Assembly: GCF_000400465.1 (NCBI RefSeq)
Contig: NW_008806282.1
Location: forward strand, 20,001-82,000
DNA: 62,000 nucleotides
Reading direction: 5' to 3'
Origin: Wallemia ichthyophaga EXF-994
Taxonomy: Eukaryota > Fungi > Basidiomycota
The first letter of the stretch is position 1; each line of letters opens with the position of its first letter. Both the position numbers and the translations under genes were made by a program. The notes under the pieces were generated by a model, which saw only the letters and a list, made by a program, of their open reading frames with translations, ran no database searches and was not told the DNA's origin. Shown piece after piece: positions 47,006 through 61,204 of the stretch.

Positions 47006-49772
47006 TTAAAGATTATTTACAGACGTTGAACTCCTCAAATGAGAAGCATTTCTACGTATGCTGTTCCGTAAATTGGCTCGAACGCCTCCTGAACGTGTAG
47101 ACACGTCGTCCGATATTTGATTGCTATGTCTCATAGAGGCTTGTATAGCTGCTTCAGTTTGGGCTATTTCCATAGCATCTGTGTTTGCGCTAGAAAGGTC
47201 TTCCTGTCTCACTCTCCTCCTTCTTCTCCGTCTTGGCAGTGTAGTGAGCTTCGGCATTGGACGATGGTCCAAATCTACTGATACATTGGTAGATGCTTGT
47301 AGTGCCTTTTTGTATACGTTAGATTTATATCTTTTCATATACTATATACCCACCTCAATCCAGTCTATCACTGATGACTGGTCGTATGCCTGTATAAGAA
47401 ATTGCTCCTTGACACCCTTGTCAGACAGCAAACGAACTCTAATAACATTCCGTCGCTTGACATAGTCTGCTGCAAGGCCGCTTTCGGCATTTTGTAACGA
47501 ATATTTCCGCAGTAAAGTTGGTGCATACTTGACGTTATTCGCAGGTGCATTTATATGATTTTGGAATGATGGTCTTTGCGCAAGAAGTTGTGGTAGCGCA
47601 GGTACTGGAGGAATAGGGGCATCTGCCGGAGGTGGTTCATGTACATAAGCACTTTCAACATCTGCTTCATTAAGATCGTTAATTTCTGAAGAAAGCAGTG
47701 CACGACCGTGATCCCATTTGTCTGCTTTGTATATTTTCAATACCGTACCATGTAATACCACGTAGACTCTCCTCCATGTCCTGTCTCTCGCTTGGTTGCC
47801 AGGTGACGTAAACTCCATCTTGCGTGGCATTAGTCCTTCAATATGTATACCACACTTATATTTCGGTAGCTTCTCTCTGCCCTCTTCCTCGCGAGGTCTT
47901 ATTATCCTCCTTATTCCACCAAAAATTGTCTCACGTAATGCAACCTCGTCGTACTGTGGAGGTGCCACCATCATATTTGGAAGCGACAATCTCCTCTTGG
48001 CTGCGTTAGGTGTTCCATGGGCGGGCAACGGTGTAATTGGGGGAGGTGGACTGAGTGGCGTGCTATTGAATATCTCCTTCCAATTACGACGCTCTTGCTC
48101 CATCTGAGCCGAGTGTGCTGTTGCAGGTGACGTTGGTGGGCTAGTACCGACGCCAATCTCGCGCGTACTTGAACTACTCTGAACCAAATCGTCGACCTCA
48201 ACAACTGGACTGGATGGTACTTGGGCTCTTTCCTTTCCTTTGAGAGTAATGTCTTTCTCGCCATTCAGCGGAGAGTTCAGCCCTACTCCTAATCCCTCGA
48301 TCACTTGAGGCGATTGAAAGGAGGATAGGTCTGTAAGTGACCGAGACATTTGCCTGCCGCAGGTTTTGGTACTTGCTACTGCGAGCGATGGAGCTTCATC
48401 AATAACATCCTTGTTAAGTTGAGTGACGTCTTTGTGAGACGTTGTCCGGTTTGGTATACTAGTTTGGGTGGGTTGTGTAGGTTGTAAAGGTTGCTTTGGT
48501 TGCGGTGGTGGTGGAGACGAGTCGACGCTGGTCAGCATGATTGAACTCGTTAATCTTCGCAATGCCTCTGGTGACCGTGAGCCTTCTTTGGCAGAGTCCT
48601 CTGATGGGCGAGCATCGTCTAGAGTACTTTGAGTGTTTTGCCTTGATCTCTGCTGAACGGTGACTGAGGATGCAGTTCGCTGATTCAACTTTGGTGGCAG
48701 CACGGAGGATGATTTTCCTGGAGTGCCATTGGCACCTGGGGATATTGGAATGGCACGAGGTGTTTGTGGGGGCACGAGAGCATTTGAAGGCGGCAGGCTA
48801 AAGTAATCGGTCGTTGGTGCATGTGGAGCACTTGGTCGCCTATATTGTTCTACTTGCTCGTCTTCGCCGTCGTCATCCTCAAAGCTATCTTCACTGTCGA
48901 TATCCTCAAGTTCGGAAGCTTCGGCAGTTTCGGCGTTCTCGTGGCTCTGCGAAGCTTGCACAGTAGATGAAGGGGGCTTTGAAGGATCAGCTGAGCCACG
49001 GGCGAGCGTGGGGAGTTGCCGAGCAGCTCTACGGACGTCTCTTGGCGAAGTTGGAGGAGTCGCGTGACTGATGAACTGATCACGAATCGGCGGTGGAGGC
49101 TGCGCTAAAGGATTGAAGGGAGAGAAAGTGGGAAGACTGAGACCTTTAGGCGTGGAAACTCCTGTGATTTATTTAGTGAAGCGCTATGACATAAAGTAAT
49201 AGCTCACTTGGTATAGGCGAGAAAGTGGATAAATCTGGGGGAGCCAAAACATCATTTTCAGGTGACAAGGGTTGTTCACGGATGCTTTCTTGGTTATTCT
49301 GTGGCTGTGGCTGCTCCGACTCGAGCTCTTCGCTGTAGTTTGGCGGGTGATCGGTATGTGGGACACCGTGGGGCACCTCAGTATCGCTGTGCTGCTCGTG
49401 GTGCTGCTCGTGATGCTCAACATCGCTGATCCTAGGGCTATTGGAAGGCTGTGAACTAAAATTGGAAGCGTGCTTATCGGCTAGGGAATAAGTTAGCGTG
49501 CGAGTGTGGATAGGCAGAGCGAACGCACCCTTTGAGGAAACATTAACATTCTCATTGCTGCTGTTCTTATTTGATTGATCGACTGGGATTATTGGACTCG
49601 TATCGCTATTCATTCCACCCAGATTGTTGTATAGGGATCCTCGTTTCGGCGGAATGAGAGCTGCTCTAACTGCAGAAGCGATGTGATGCTGGTGCTGCTC
49701 AATCTCCTCCTTATTGTCTGTAGATTGCTGATTCTGCTGCTGCGTACGCTTCTTGAACAGATTCTTCATCAA
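47006..49772 (-). CDS. PH-domain protein (YHR131C/YNL144C-like) with long disordered N-terminus
   Basis: KLPKYKCGIHIEGLMPRKMEF, WRRVYVVLHGTVLKIY, YSLQNAESGLAADYVKRRNVIRVR, LDHRPMPK. Confidence 0.8.
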
Positions 49773-49943
49773 CGTAGTTATTCAATAGCTGTGGCGTGTA
49801 TATCGCGTGCCAGTCTAACCGAATTCTTGGTTATTCATGTCAACAATTCCAATCCAAATCCCTTCCATTATCCCACTTACCAATTTATATCGGCGAATCG
49901 TCGTTGAGGATTGAAACGCTTCCCTGGTTAATCGTTAATCGCA

Positions 49944-51571
49944 ATGACGAGGTGAGATATTTTGTTTTTTAAAAAAAATAAGTTATAAATCTCAAACATC
50001 ACAGAAATAAGGGAAAATCTCGGGAAATTGTTGACGACGAGCAGCTTCTAGGCCACGAGATGCATCATCTTAGCACCGACGACGACGCCGACAAAGATCG
50101 CGAGCATGTCAGCGACTGGTCCACGTTCTGGGGTGAACCTGATCCCTCTGAATCCAATGGGATTCGCTCAAAGTATCTTTCTCCTTTTTCTCCCTTGCTA
50201 TTCGCTAACTCCCACTTAGTTGGAAGAAGAACTTATACCAGCTCTTACAAGAACCTACAAGCTCACAAGGCGCTTTCACAATACACATATGTGTCACTCT
50301 TCTCATCGTTATCGCTGCCCTTCTCACCATTCTCGAGACTATACCCAGCTTCAGAGCGATAGATTCGCGCATTTGGTTCGGTTTTGAGACTGCTATCGTC
50401 GTAATTTTCACAATTGAGTACTTTGCTAGAATCGCTGCTCACTCTGATTCTTGGGTCCGTCTTATTCTCTTCGGTTATCTCGCCGCTAACCCTACTCAAG
50501 TCAATGCTCTGGAGATGGTCAAAATCCTTTTTTGCTCTTATAGATCTCGCTTCTATTCTTCCTTACTACATTGAAGTTGCTATACAAACCGACGCAGTAT
50601 GTTCAATTGTCCAAATGTCTTACTTGTCTCACAGCTGACGCCTTACCACAAAGTCCAACTTCTTCCATTTTTCGATACTGCGGACGTTTCGACTACTCAG
50701 AGTCTTCAGAGCCTTCAGATGTATGTTCATCTTCCCTGACCGTTGTTGAGAGCCTAATCTCTGCTTCAGACTCGAGTAAACTGTTACTCACCATTGAAGT
50801 GATGGTGCTATCTTTCAAGAGATCTGCAGATGCACTCATTGCACTGTCTTTCCTGGTCTGTACCCTCGTCGCATTATTCGCTACCTTTTTATACTTTATT
50901 GAACGTGGAAGCTGGGACGCAAATCTTGAACAATTCATGAATAGCGACGGCCAGCCTTCTTCTTTTGAAAGTATACCTGCTGCAGCTTGGTAAGGTGCTT
51001 ATTTCTATTTGAGAACCAGCTAAAATCATCCTTTAGGTTTGTTCTGGTCACCATTTCCACAGTCGGTTATGGTGAAGTTACGCCAACGACTACGATAGGA
51101 AGATTAATTACTCTACCTTTGCTTGTGTTTGGGTTACTGCTGATTGCTTTACCTTCTTTTGTCTTGGGGAGGAACTTCTCGATTGGTTGGTGGTTACTGT
51201 ACGTCTAAATACAACACTGACACAGCAAACTAGTATGGGACACTGTCACATCACACCATAACACAGAGACAATACCTAAGAAACGCAATTACACAGCTGT
51301 TCCAACAGCAGCAGGTTTCGATATTCCATCTGAGCCAGAACCAATTTTCGACTCGCGCCAACCTTATGGTAGTTCCGACAATACAGCACTCAGACCTAAT
51401 ATGGACAACAGGCATAATACACAAACTGAAGAGAATTATTTAGCTAGTACAAGCACAATGAGTAATGAATCGAATGTTGTTGATGAAGTAAAGTCACTCA
51501 GACTAGCAATAAATCAGCAGTCTCGCGATATCAGAATTCTCATGGATGCTCTGTCGCAGCGGCAGATTTAG
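49944..51571 (+). CDS. Voltage-gated (Kv/Shaker-like) K+ channel subunit
   Basis: S4 LRTFRLLRVFRAFR, pore FESIPAAAW..VTISTVGYGEVTP, S6 GLLLIALPSFVLG. Confidence 0.9.
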
Positions 51572-51741
51572 TTCTATTCCACCTTGCTGATCTTGCTGTT
51601 TTGATTCGGATAAATTTGTAATTTGCAATTTGCAATATAGTAATATGTATCTTAACTCTCAACTAACGTTACAAAAGTAACGCAAGTTCTAGACAGGATC
51701 ATGATAGCATTGATACCCAATCCCGTTGAATTACTCAACAT

Positions 51742-53094
51742 CTAGAAATATTTTCCTTTTAAAGCGTAGTTGTTTTTGTTTGGCGTTGTAGATGCCATAG
51801 AAGTGTCATCATGTTCTGGTGTATCTTTCAACATCCACGCTATCTGGGGAGGACTATACGGCGTTGGGGCCACGAGAGACCTTCCACTAGGGATTTGAGA
51901 TGTCAATGATTGTGATGAGGGTATGATTTGAAAATGAACCTGAGGTCTTGGTCAGATTTTTGGCAACGCATTGCAATTCCATATGCATACAGTGTCATTC
52001 AGCTGTTTGTAGGCTTTGAGAAAGGTATCTATAGAACCAAGCTCGATGTCTAATTCATTTTTGCGTTCATCGCGAGCCTTTCGAGTGCTCCTGCTCAATA
52101 TTTTAAGCCTCTCTGACGGACTTGAGGAAACACTCTCGGTGAGTTGCTCAGAAGCAGTCTTAAGCCACGCTATAGCAAAACCAGTATTACCGTTATTTGC
52201 AGCGTCGATACCGAGCCATTTTTTTGCCACTCCGGCATGAAATATATCTCTTCTCTTCATATAAGCTTTGAGATCTGCGGGTAAGTCGACATGCTGAACG
52301 CGCAGAGTGGATTTGATAGAGCTTTTCAGCATGACTCTCGAGGCATTAAACAGAGATGACGTATCTAGGTGCAGTTTGAGCAGAATTTGAGGAGATGGGT
52401 GTGTCTTTGGTATCGGTGGTCCGGGGTTGTGAAGCGTGTAAGCGTGCAGAGGTGACATCAGTTTCCTAATAGCTAGCGATTGTGAGACAGCCAAGCTGAG
52501 CTTAGAAAGACCGCTGTTATACTCTCTATTGAGTATTGGCGTGTCTGCGTCACGAGCACCCTCGTACCTATCGATGGCGGTGTCTGAAATGTATCTAAAC
52601 ACACCAGCTGAAGTGTTGAGAAACCCAATAGCGGTTTGAAGCACATTATCACCTTCTTTTCTGCTGCTTTCTGGTAATGTCGGTATAGAGTCATATGATC
52701 CAATGTTTTCTGCCAAGCCTTGGGCGTGATTAAACAGAGCTAAAGCATACACATGCAATACGTGTATAGTTTCGAATGTGAGGCTGCTTGATGAACTCGA
52801 TTTGCCTTTAGCCGATAGCTGTGAAGGCACAGTCCATACGAAGGACTCGTCGGATATAGCAACAATCGAATCATTAAGAGCTGCTCTTTCAAGTGAAAGG
52901 ACATGAGGCAAATAGTCCAATACGGATGAAACCAATGAAAGATGATCCCTCTTATCTGACTTGAGTGCTGAGTAGATATGCGCACGCTTGGCCGTGGATT
53001 CCGAGGCACGAGAGGAGTAATCTGCAGAAGTTGTAGACGTGAACATTTTACTGAACCAGATTGATTGAGTCGTTGGATATTGTAATCTAATCAT
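51742..53094 (-). CDS. BRO1-domain pH-signalling protein PalC-like
   Basis: YPTTQSIWFS, VLDYLPHV, FLNTSAGVF, WLGIDA..GFAIAWL, YKQLNDTVHFQIIPS..IPSGR. Confidence 0.8.
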
Positions 53095-53142
53095 GATGTG
53101 ATGGGCGTATTGAACAACGCGTTTCTCACTTACACGTCCAAG

Positions 53143-56100
53143 ATGTAAATACGCGCGATTAGACAAAATACGCAACTGACGCAACACAGGCCACTCGAAT
53201 GGATCGAAGTGTATGACTTTAAATCTTACAAAGGCAGACACAAGATTGGTCCATTCAGCCCTTTCTCGTGCGTTATCGGCTCAAATGGCGGGGTGAGTAT
53301 ACTGCCATTTGGGACAATTCCACACAGTTTACGTGTTTACGCAGGGCAAATCTAATCTCATGGATGCCATCTCTTTCGTCCTCGGCGTGAAATCTGCTCA
53401 TCTCCGTGGTTCGAACATTAGAGATCTCATTTATCGTGGCAGGAGAGTGGGCTTGGAAGACGGCGATCAGGTTGATCAGACTCAGGAAGGTCAGAGCGAT
53501 TACTATTCTGCTCAAAAAGCCTCCGTTTTGGCTCAATACACGAGCACTTCTGGACGCGAACTCAAGTTTGAGAGAACGTGGGTGTGGAATATTATAAAGC
53601 TATTCAGCTTATCTGCTTTCAAGTATAACAATCTCTGGTTCTTCAGAATACAGGCTCAACGGCAGAGCTATCAGTTATGCAGACTACAATCAAGCACTCG
53701 TTAAAGAGAACATCCTCGTAAAGTCAAAGAACTTTCTAGTCTTCCAGGTGTGTGTGGAGATTGCGAGTTATTACACAGCTAATCCTCTATAGGGAGACGT
53801 TGAGGCAGTCGCGACGCAGTCATCTTCGCAGTTGTCGAAACTCATTGATCAAATATCAGGCTCGATAGAGTTCAAAGAGCGTTATGAAGAGACTAGGGGT
53901 GCCCAGGAGCGTGCAAACGAAACATCTGTTGCTCAAGGTTTGAAGAGACGCGTTTTGAATGGTGAAATTAAACAATTTAAGGAGCAAACATCTGAGCTCA
54001 AGCGTTTCGAGGATATGAAGGACAACAGGGTAGGCTTAAGGATTGAGGATCTCTTCGATTAGTTCTCACGTGCAATCCAGAACAACTTGATAATTAGGCT
54101 ACTGTTGATGAAATTATACCACATAGAAGCACAAATAACCACTAATACCGATGCCATCACCTCTAAGCGAGATCATTTGCAAGATCTACAACAACAACAA
54201 GTTAGTCACTGTACTATATCAGCACCCGCACTAACGCCATTCTCTAGGATGGAGCCAAAAGAGAGCTTAAAAGAGCTTCAAAAGAAAAAGCGGAAGCTCA
54301 CAATAAGACAATCAAATGCGAAAACACCATCAAATCTAGCCAGCGTGACATCGATAACAAGGTAGGTGAGAAAATGCCAAAGTTGCACAATCCGCTGACG
54401 CAAGAGTTAATTAGACTCCAAACATTGTTGCCCTTGATGCTCGAATCAGTCATGCTCGTACAAAGCTTAGAACATCAGAAACAAATGCCTCCCGTCTCCA
54501 AGCTGAAGTAGAAGAATTGCAGGAGTGTGTAAATAGGTACAAGGTAGATGTGGATAAGATTGAAAAGGCTGCCGGTCGTGCACAAGCCGAAGCTAGAAAA
54601 CTAAGCGAACAGCGCGGTGTTAATTTATCTGATGAGGATTTGAATGAGTACAGGCAGCTGAAATTGCAGGCAATGTCACTCGCACCAGAAGCTCGTCAGC
54701 AAGTTGAGGAGCTTGGACGTAATGAAAAAACGTCAAAGTCTTCGTTGAATGCAGCCAAATCACGTCTCAGTGAAGCCGAAGCTAAGCATGAGAAACTAAA
54801 GCTTGATGAACGCCGAAATGCTGCTAATGTGGAAGATACTCGAGATGGATTTCAGACTGCTCAAAGCAATTTGCAAGAAGCCAAGCAAAGGTATGACAAT
54901 TTACTTAATGAGAGGAACAAGATTGGTCAACTCGAAACTGAAAAGAATGAAAAGTTGCACGCACTTCTCGGTCAACTTTCCAGCGCTAGCCACGATCTCA
55001 GACAGACAGAACGCGATAACAAATTCAAAGACGTACTCATGACCCTGAAAAGGATGTTTCCAGGTGTTAGAGGAAAATTGGTAGATTTATGTCAACCAAC
55101 TCAGTCAAAATACTCCACGGCTGTTGTGACGGCATTAGGAAGGAACGTAGAATCAATAGTTGTTGACGATGAAGCTACCGCTATTCAATGTATCGAGTAC
55201 ATGAAGGCTCAAAGAGTTGGAAGCGCTACATACCTTCCACTAGACTCTCTTCAAGTCAAGCCAGTACAAGAGCGACTCAGAACTTTGTCATCTGGGGCGA
55301 GATTGACAGTGGACGTCTTGAAGTATGACAACATTTACGAGAAGGCTGTTCATTTTGCAGCAGGTAGCTCTCTCATTTGCGACGATATGACCATTGCGAG
55401 AGATTTGGTTTACGACAAACATCAAGATGTTAAGGCAGTCACCCTGGATGGCACGATTATTCATAGGTCAGGTCTGATAACAGGTGGTCAGGGCGCTAGA
55501 GATTCTGGTAAACGGTTTGACCAAGCTCAATACGACCAAATGATGCGCAGGAGAGATGAACTTGTAATCCAGCTGAAGGCATTGAGGAATAAGCGTCCTC
55601 AGCCTAAAGTGGACGAGGAACTTGTGCAGAACGTCAGGAAATGTGAAAATGATGAGCACAACTCTAAAGACAGCTTTGATGGAGGTGTTAGTCGTTTAGA
55701 TGGTACTCAAAAGGAATTAAAAGTTGCTGAACTCAATCATTCAGAAAAGTCAATGGAGTTGGACACTATGCGTTCTTCATACGATGCACTCAAACGTGAA
55801 CTGGATGATGTACTCGCTATAGTCCATAGAGCTGAAGATGGAGTGTTTGAGCCGTTCTGTGCAAGAATTGGAATAGAGAACATTCGTGAATACGAAGACC
55901 GAGAAGGTCGTGTGGCCGCTGCAGAAAGCGAGGCTAGAGTAAAATTCGAAACGCAAATAGCCAAGCTCAACAATCTGCTCCGCTTTGAAGAAGAACAGCT
56001 CAAGACGTCTAGCACGCGTCTTGAACGTCTTCAAAATAAGCTGGATAGTGATAGGCAGAATCTTGCGACATTTGAAAGTGAGAAGAGATCGCTCCAAGAG

Positions 56101-57286
56101 ATAGTAGATGAGATCAAAAACACAATCGCCACAAATGAAGCTCTTCTCAATGAACTGAGAGAGAGTGAGCAGAGTATTGCAGAAAACGTTGACAGTGTCA
56201 GGCGTAACTCACATAAGGCAGAGCGCCAATATGACGGTGCTTTTAAAGACATTGCAAACAATGTTAGTCTTTTCATTATTCGGGAATGCATTCACTAACT
56301 TTCTCTAGAACGACAACATTAGGATGCTGGCAAGTGAACGGTTCTCCATCTACCGTAAATGTAAAGTAGACGAATTGCCACTGGATCTTGTCGCTGGTAG
56401 CTTGGATGATGTACCATTGGATGCTGACTTGAAGGAGATTGAGCCAATGGATGTCGACGATGACGAAGATGCTACGCAGCGTGCAGTCCAGATCGAAGAC
56501 TATGGCATCGAAGTCAATTTCGATGGTGTAGAGGACGAGGACGAATTGACAGAGGAAGCTGAGTTAAAGTACCAACAAGAAATTGCTCAGATGAGTGAGG
56601 AAATTGATAGAATGGCTCCCAACCTCAAAGCCAGTGATCGGTGAGAAATTTAAATATCCATATCACGCATTGACTGACACTAAGATAGTTTATCTGATAT
56701 GAAAAAGAGGCTAAGTGAAACTGAGAAAGTATTTGAACATGCTCGAAAAGAAACAAAGCAAGCTAGAGATGCATACCAAGACGCGAAAGCTTCCCGACAA
56801 GAGTTATTCATGCAGGCTTTCGATCATCTAAGCAGTAGTATAGATGTCGTCTACAAGGAATTGACCACTTCGCGTGCCAATCCAACTGGTGGTACTGCAT
56901 ATTTGTCGCTAGAAGATGAAGACGAACCATATAATGCTGGTTTGAAGTATCATGCGATGCCACCAGGCAAACCATTTAGAGATATGTACCAGCTATCCGG
57001 TGGTGAGAAGACAATTGCAGCAATGGCTCTGCTTTTCGCCATACAGACGTACAAACCGTCTCCGTTCTTTGTTCTTGACGAGGTTGACTCTGCGCTAGAC
57101 AATCAAAACGCCGCCCAAATAGCCAAGTATCTCCGAAACCATCTGCGAGAATCACAGTATATTTTCATTACACACTCTTCTAGAGTGTATGAGAGAGCTG
57201 ATGCTTTGGTTGGTGTGTTTAGGAATGGTGACATCAATTCTAGTCAAGTTCTCACCCTTGATCTTACTCAGTACGATGAGCCTTAA
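53143..57286 (+). CDS. SMC1: Cohesin subunit Smc1
   Basis: FKSYKG, GSNGGGKSNLMDAISFVLG, NFLVFQGDVE, hinge FPGVRGKLVDLC, LSGGEKT, FFVLDEVDSALD; start codon AT|G spans intron 53145-53189. Confidence 0.97.
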
Positions 57287-57339
57287 ACCTCCTGGTTTAC
57301 CTGTACTTTAAGTCTTTAACTGAATGTATTTGTTATTAT

Positions 57340-58200
57340 TTCTAATTGGCAATTAGTAGTTCAGGACTTTTTGAAGTAGAATTCTTTGTTTAAGGCTGAC
57401 ATTTTCGAAGTTGCGGAGGAAGGTGATTACCTCCCCAGTTTACACCCATTGATATGCGCCAAGTTAATGAGAAGCATGTACATTAAAATCATTTTCAAAG
57501 GTATACAGCTGTGACATATTCACTGAAACGTGATGTAAAATACTTGTGCCTCACTGGCATGAAGTTTTGCATATTTTGTCGTATTCCTGAGACCCTGAAG
57601 AGGACACACGGGACGTCGATACATAGACAACAAGCTTGTTGATGCCTTTACCTAGGTGAGACAGATTTCGAACGTCATCAGCGGAGTCATCATCATCTTC
57701 AAATCGGAATGAGTCAAATTTGAAGCAACCGACAGCGAGCTATTTAAGCTTAACGTGACCGTCAGTAGTATTCTTTCTTATCTAAAATGATGCTCTCTGA
57801 AAGGCTTACACCAACATATGTCGAGAGCTAATCTTCCGAGCCTGTTTGAAGTTAAAGAGTGATTTCGATGTAATAAGTTACGAATTTATAATAAATGATC
57901 ATATGTATAAGCTCAATTGAGAGATTGGAAGAGTTCAAGTATGGCTTCGGTTGTTTCGGAAGAGGTGAAAGCTGGTAAATAGATACACAGAGCCTTAAAT
58001 AATTAGAGCATAGTGTTTGTAATATCCTACCTAAAGATAATTGCGCTTATCAAGTGGCTGCGAGACAATTGATATGCTCTCAAGTCGAGAAAGATCACAA
58101 GGAACAAATCGGAGGAGTTAGAGTATTTAAATAAGCAGCTACAACACTAGGATATTGTTTTACAAATTTTATTCGATGGAAGGCTGATATCATTGAAGAA
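57340..58200 (-). pseudogene. Candidate stop-interrupted gene (frame ambiguous in 3' half)
   Basis: Frame reads SIE*NL*NNILVL*LLI*IL*LLRFVPCDLSRLESISIV..NYL* then intron 58030-57994 then ALCIYLPAF..ILELFQSLN*; no clear start. Confidence 0.4.
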
Positions 58201-58228
58201 GACGCTGTTAAAGTCAACGACGTCAAAG

Positions 58229-58616
58229 ATGGACGAAGCAACGCAAGTGAGTGGCTGTAAAATTCGCAGCGAAATATCTCATATGAAACAGCGCGAACTG
58301 AATACTTTCGTTGAACAAGAACAAGCCAAGGCCAAGTTGCAATCTTCTACACACACATTTACGGAAATGTGCTGGAACAAGTGAGCGAGTGGGGCATCTC
58401 CTATAAATACTAACAGTCACAAAGGTGCATTACTGGCTCAATTAGTTCCCGCTTCTCAAAGTCTGAGGAGTCTTGTTTGGTGAACTGCGTTGACCGATTC
58501 CTGTGAGTGATGATCTTCTCTTGATACTCATCTAAATCTGAATATTATACAGTGACACATCATTACACATTGTTAAAGCATTGGACCACCAAAGGCAACA
58601 AATGCAACCTCAATAG
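58229..58616 (+). CDS. TIM8: Mitochondrial IMS chaperone Tim8
   Basis: ELNTFVEQEQAKAKLQSSTHTFTEMCWNKC..SEESCLVNCVDRFLDTSL twin CX3C. Confidence 0.95.
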
Positions 58617-58695
58617 ATTCCTATACATGACCTACGCCATTAATAAGAACTGTTCTTTATTAGTTGAGTACAGCTAGAATTACATTAAGAAAGAC

Positions 58696-61129
58696 CTAAA
58701 ATGGTTGAGGAAAGTTATTTGAATGGTTGCGCGTGAAAGAAAACTGTTGGAGCATTTTCAACATCCCCTTATCACCATCTCCGCCGAAACCGTCCTCCAA
58801 ATTGTTTTGTTCTCCTTCATATTCGTACACCTCTCCTAAGCCAAACTCAGGCGATTTTATACCTCCATTACGCCTAGACGATGGCATGACTGAGTCAGAC
58901 ATTTTCTGCACAAAGACTGATCCTGCCTGGTCGCTCGGAATCCACTTGGGATTTGCAGCTTTGAAATTCATCACACTCTTCTCCAATTTTCCATCCTGGC
59001 TCATTAGTTTCACATTTTGAGCATCTTTAGGTGCACCAAACTAGATACCATGTTAGTGGTATCTTAGATTGTACACAAACAAGCCTACCTTTGTGTTACC
59101 GTGTCTGACGAAATCAAAGTGTGCAAAAGAGCAGATATAACCAAGCTGATCAACCTTGACAGTCGACTGAGACACAAAGTCAATGATCGCTGGTGAGGAT
59201 TTTGGTAAAGAGTAGTAGAGAATAAGAGGCGTAAAAACGACTGAAAGAATCTCTTGAAGGAAGATAACTATTTTGAGCTCAAATAGCTTTGAAAATTCCC
59301 TATGAATGCTCTTTGAGTGCATTTGACTTTGCCATTCTTGGGGCAGATGGTGAGTATAAGCGCATGCCCTCCTCAAAAGTCTTTCGGGGTCATTAACTTC
59401 ATTCTCTACTGGTACCATTCCACGAGCAATAGCGAGAATTGTCCCAAACAATCCAATGTAGAATACAGTCGTGCGCTGTGGAGATATCTCAAAATGCAAA
59501 AACATGTCTTAGAAGGAATTAGCAGGGCATGTCTTCAAAAATAGTCTGCATACCTGGATCTATAACAGATGCGAGTATTAGAACAGCGGCAAATGAACCA
59601 GCCACAAAGGCTACAAAGCGCGCCACGATTGCTGCCTTTTCGTTGGGAAATTGCACAATGTATTTTTGGGCATCGTCGTAGGACATATTGAGACGCTTCT
59701 GAAAAATATGTTGAAGCTCGTTAAACTCTCTAAACTTCCACCTTGCAAGCTCGGTGTAATTTCTAGAGCCTATTGAAGATGGATTCTTGTGATACTCCTC
59801 GAAATACCTAAAGAACGAGTAGAAGAGTAGAAATATGACTAAAAATGGAGCAAGAAGAGCGTTTATGAACGCCAAAACTGTAAAGCGCTTCTTCAATCTA
59901 AAATGTGTTAGTCATCTGGTTAGTAAAAACAGTCACACTAACTCTTGGACATTGCGACCACGTGCTGAAGATTGGAGTATTTCAGGCTTAACTTGACCTT
60001 TCTCGTCAAAGACGTGTCCAAGCAACGCAAATGAGAGATTCCACTCTAACGCCTTTGTCAAGCCATTTGACGTTGCGAAACTGAGCATCTTGTTAATAAT
60101 TCGGTTTTGGATGGGTATATTGATATTCAAGAGGTCCTTGTTGAATAGCGCAATGAGATAATTCTCCTGTCGCATGATTCTGTTTGCGACATCAAGCACA
60201 TCAAGCTGTGCAACCGGATTATGAGAAACATCCACACTCGATAACGCAGTCAAAGGGTTGGACTGCCTAATATGAGAGATCCGCGACACGATTTCCTCCC
60301 ACGATATAGTCTGAACATCACTCTGGAGGTGAGTTAGCGATGCTATCAAGGGAGCCAAACGAAAGACTTACATCAGGAATATGCAGGACGTGTGTGTAGA
60401 ACTTGTACATGTCGACAAGAGCTCGCATTGACAGCACGAATGTTAGTACCTGGTATACATAAAAGGTACCAAACGCAAGCAGCCATATCCAAGTTAAGAA
60501 AGGGAACCTATCGAATTGTTAGTAAGCAATGTATCGAGATACTAACTTACCTGGAAACGCAATGAGGAATTACTATATCAGACAGATTGCCGTTGTGTGT
60601 AATAGCAGAATAGTCGATACAGCCCAAGAGGAAGGTAGAGAAGATGAAAACAAAACCAACGGTAGCGAGGTTGAGAGCTCTCGTAAGAATGATGCAGTAA
60701 ATACCCTTATTTGTGTAATATCCATATGCCTGCGAGAGGATTACGTCAATAAGATAGTGGATGAGGATATCTACGCACGTCTTGAAGGAATTTGTCAAGA
60801 TTCTGGACATTAACCCATTTCCACATAGCGAGTTGATGTGCACTCATGCTCCTGCTACTAGGCTGGTAGCTGCTGTTGCGTTGTTGCTGTGGTAAGGGGA
60901 TTGATGGTTCCGTGTGGGTGTACTTGATGGGGATATCTCTACGATCATCTAGGCTAGTACGCTGATCACCTTCAACGAGGATACTGGGCGGTGGGCCATC
61001 ATCTTCATCTGTATGGCGTGGATTGAGCTCGACGGTCTCGTGGATATCCTGCTCGTCGTCTTCAAGTGGAGCGTAAGTACTCCTTCGCGAATTCATCAGC
61101 ATATTTAATATCGGGGTACTGATATCCAT
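58696..61129 (-). CDS. ATG9: Autophagy lipid scramblase Atg9
   Basis: WKWVNVQNLDKFL, IANRIMRQENYLIALFNK, YHKNPSSIGSRNY..WKFREFNELQHIF, GYICSFAHFDF, KLEKSVMNF. Confidence 0.95.
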
Positions 61130-61204
61130 CTGTTATTTTATTGGTGGTTGTTATGATTAAACCCGAGAGATAAGATGGCGGCCTCTTAATCATATACGTC
61201 CATC

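Noticed and set aside
58223-58420. ORF in frame with the 57340-58200 cryptic locus
   Set aside because: Fully antisense to TIM8 exons; probably incidental.
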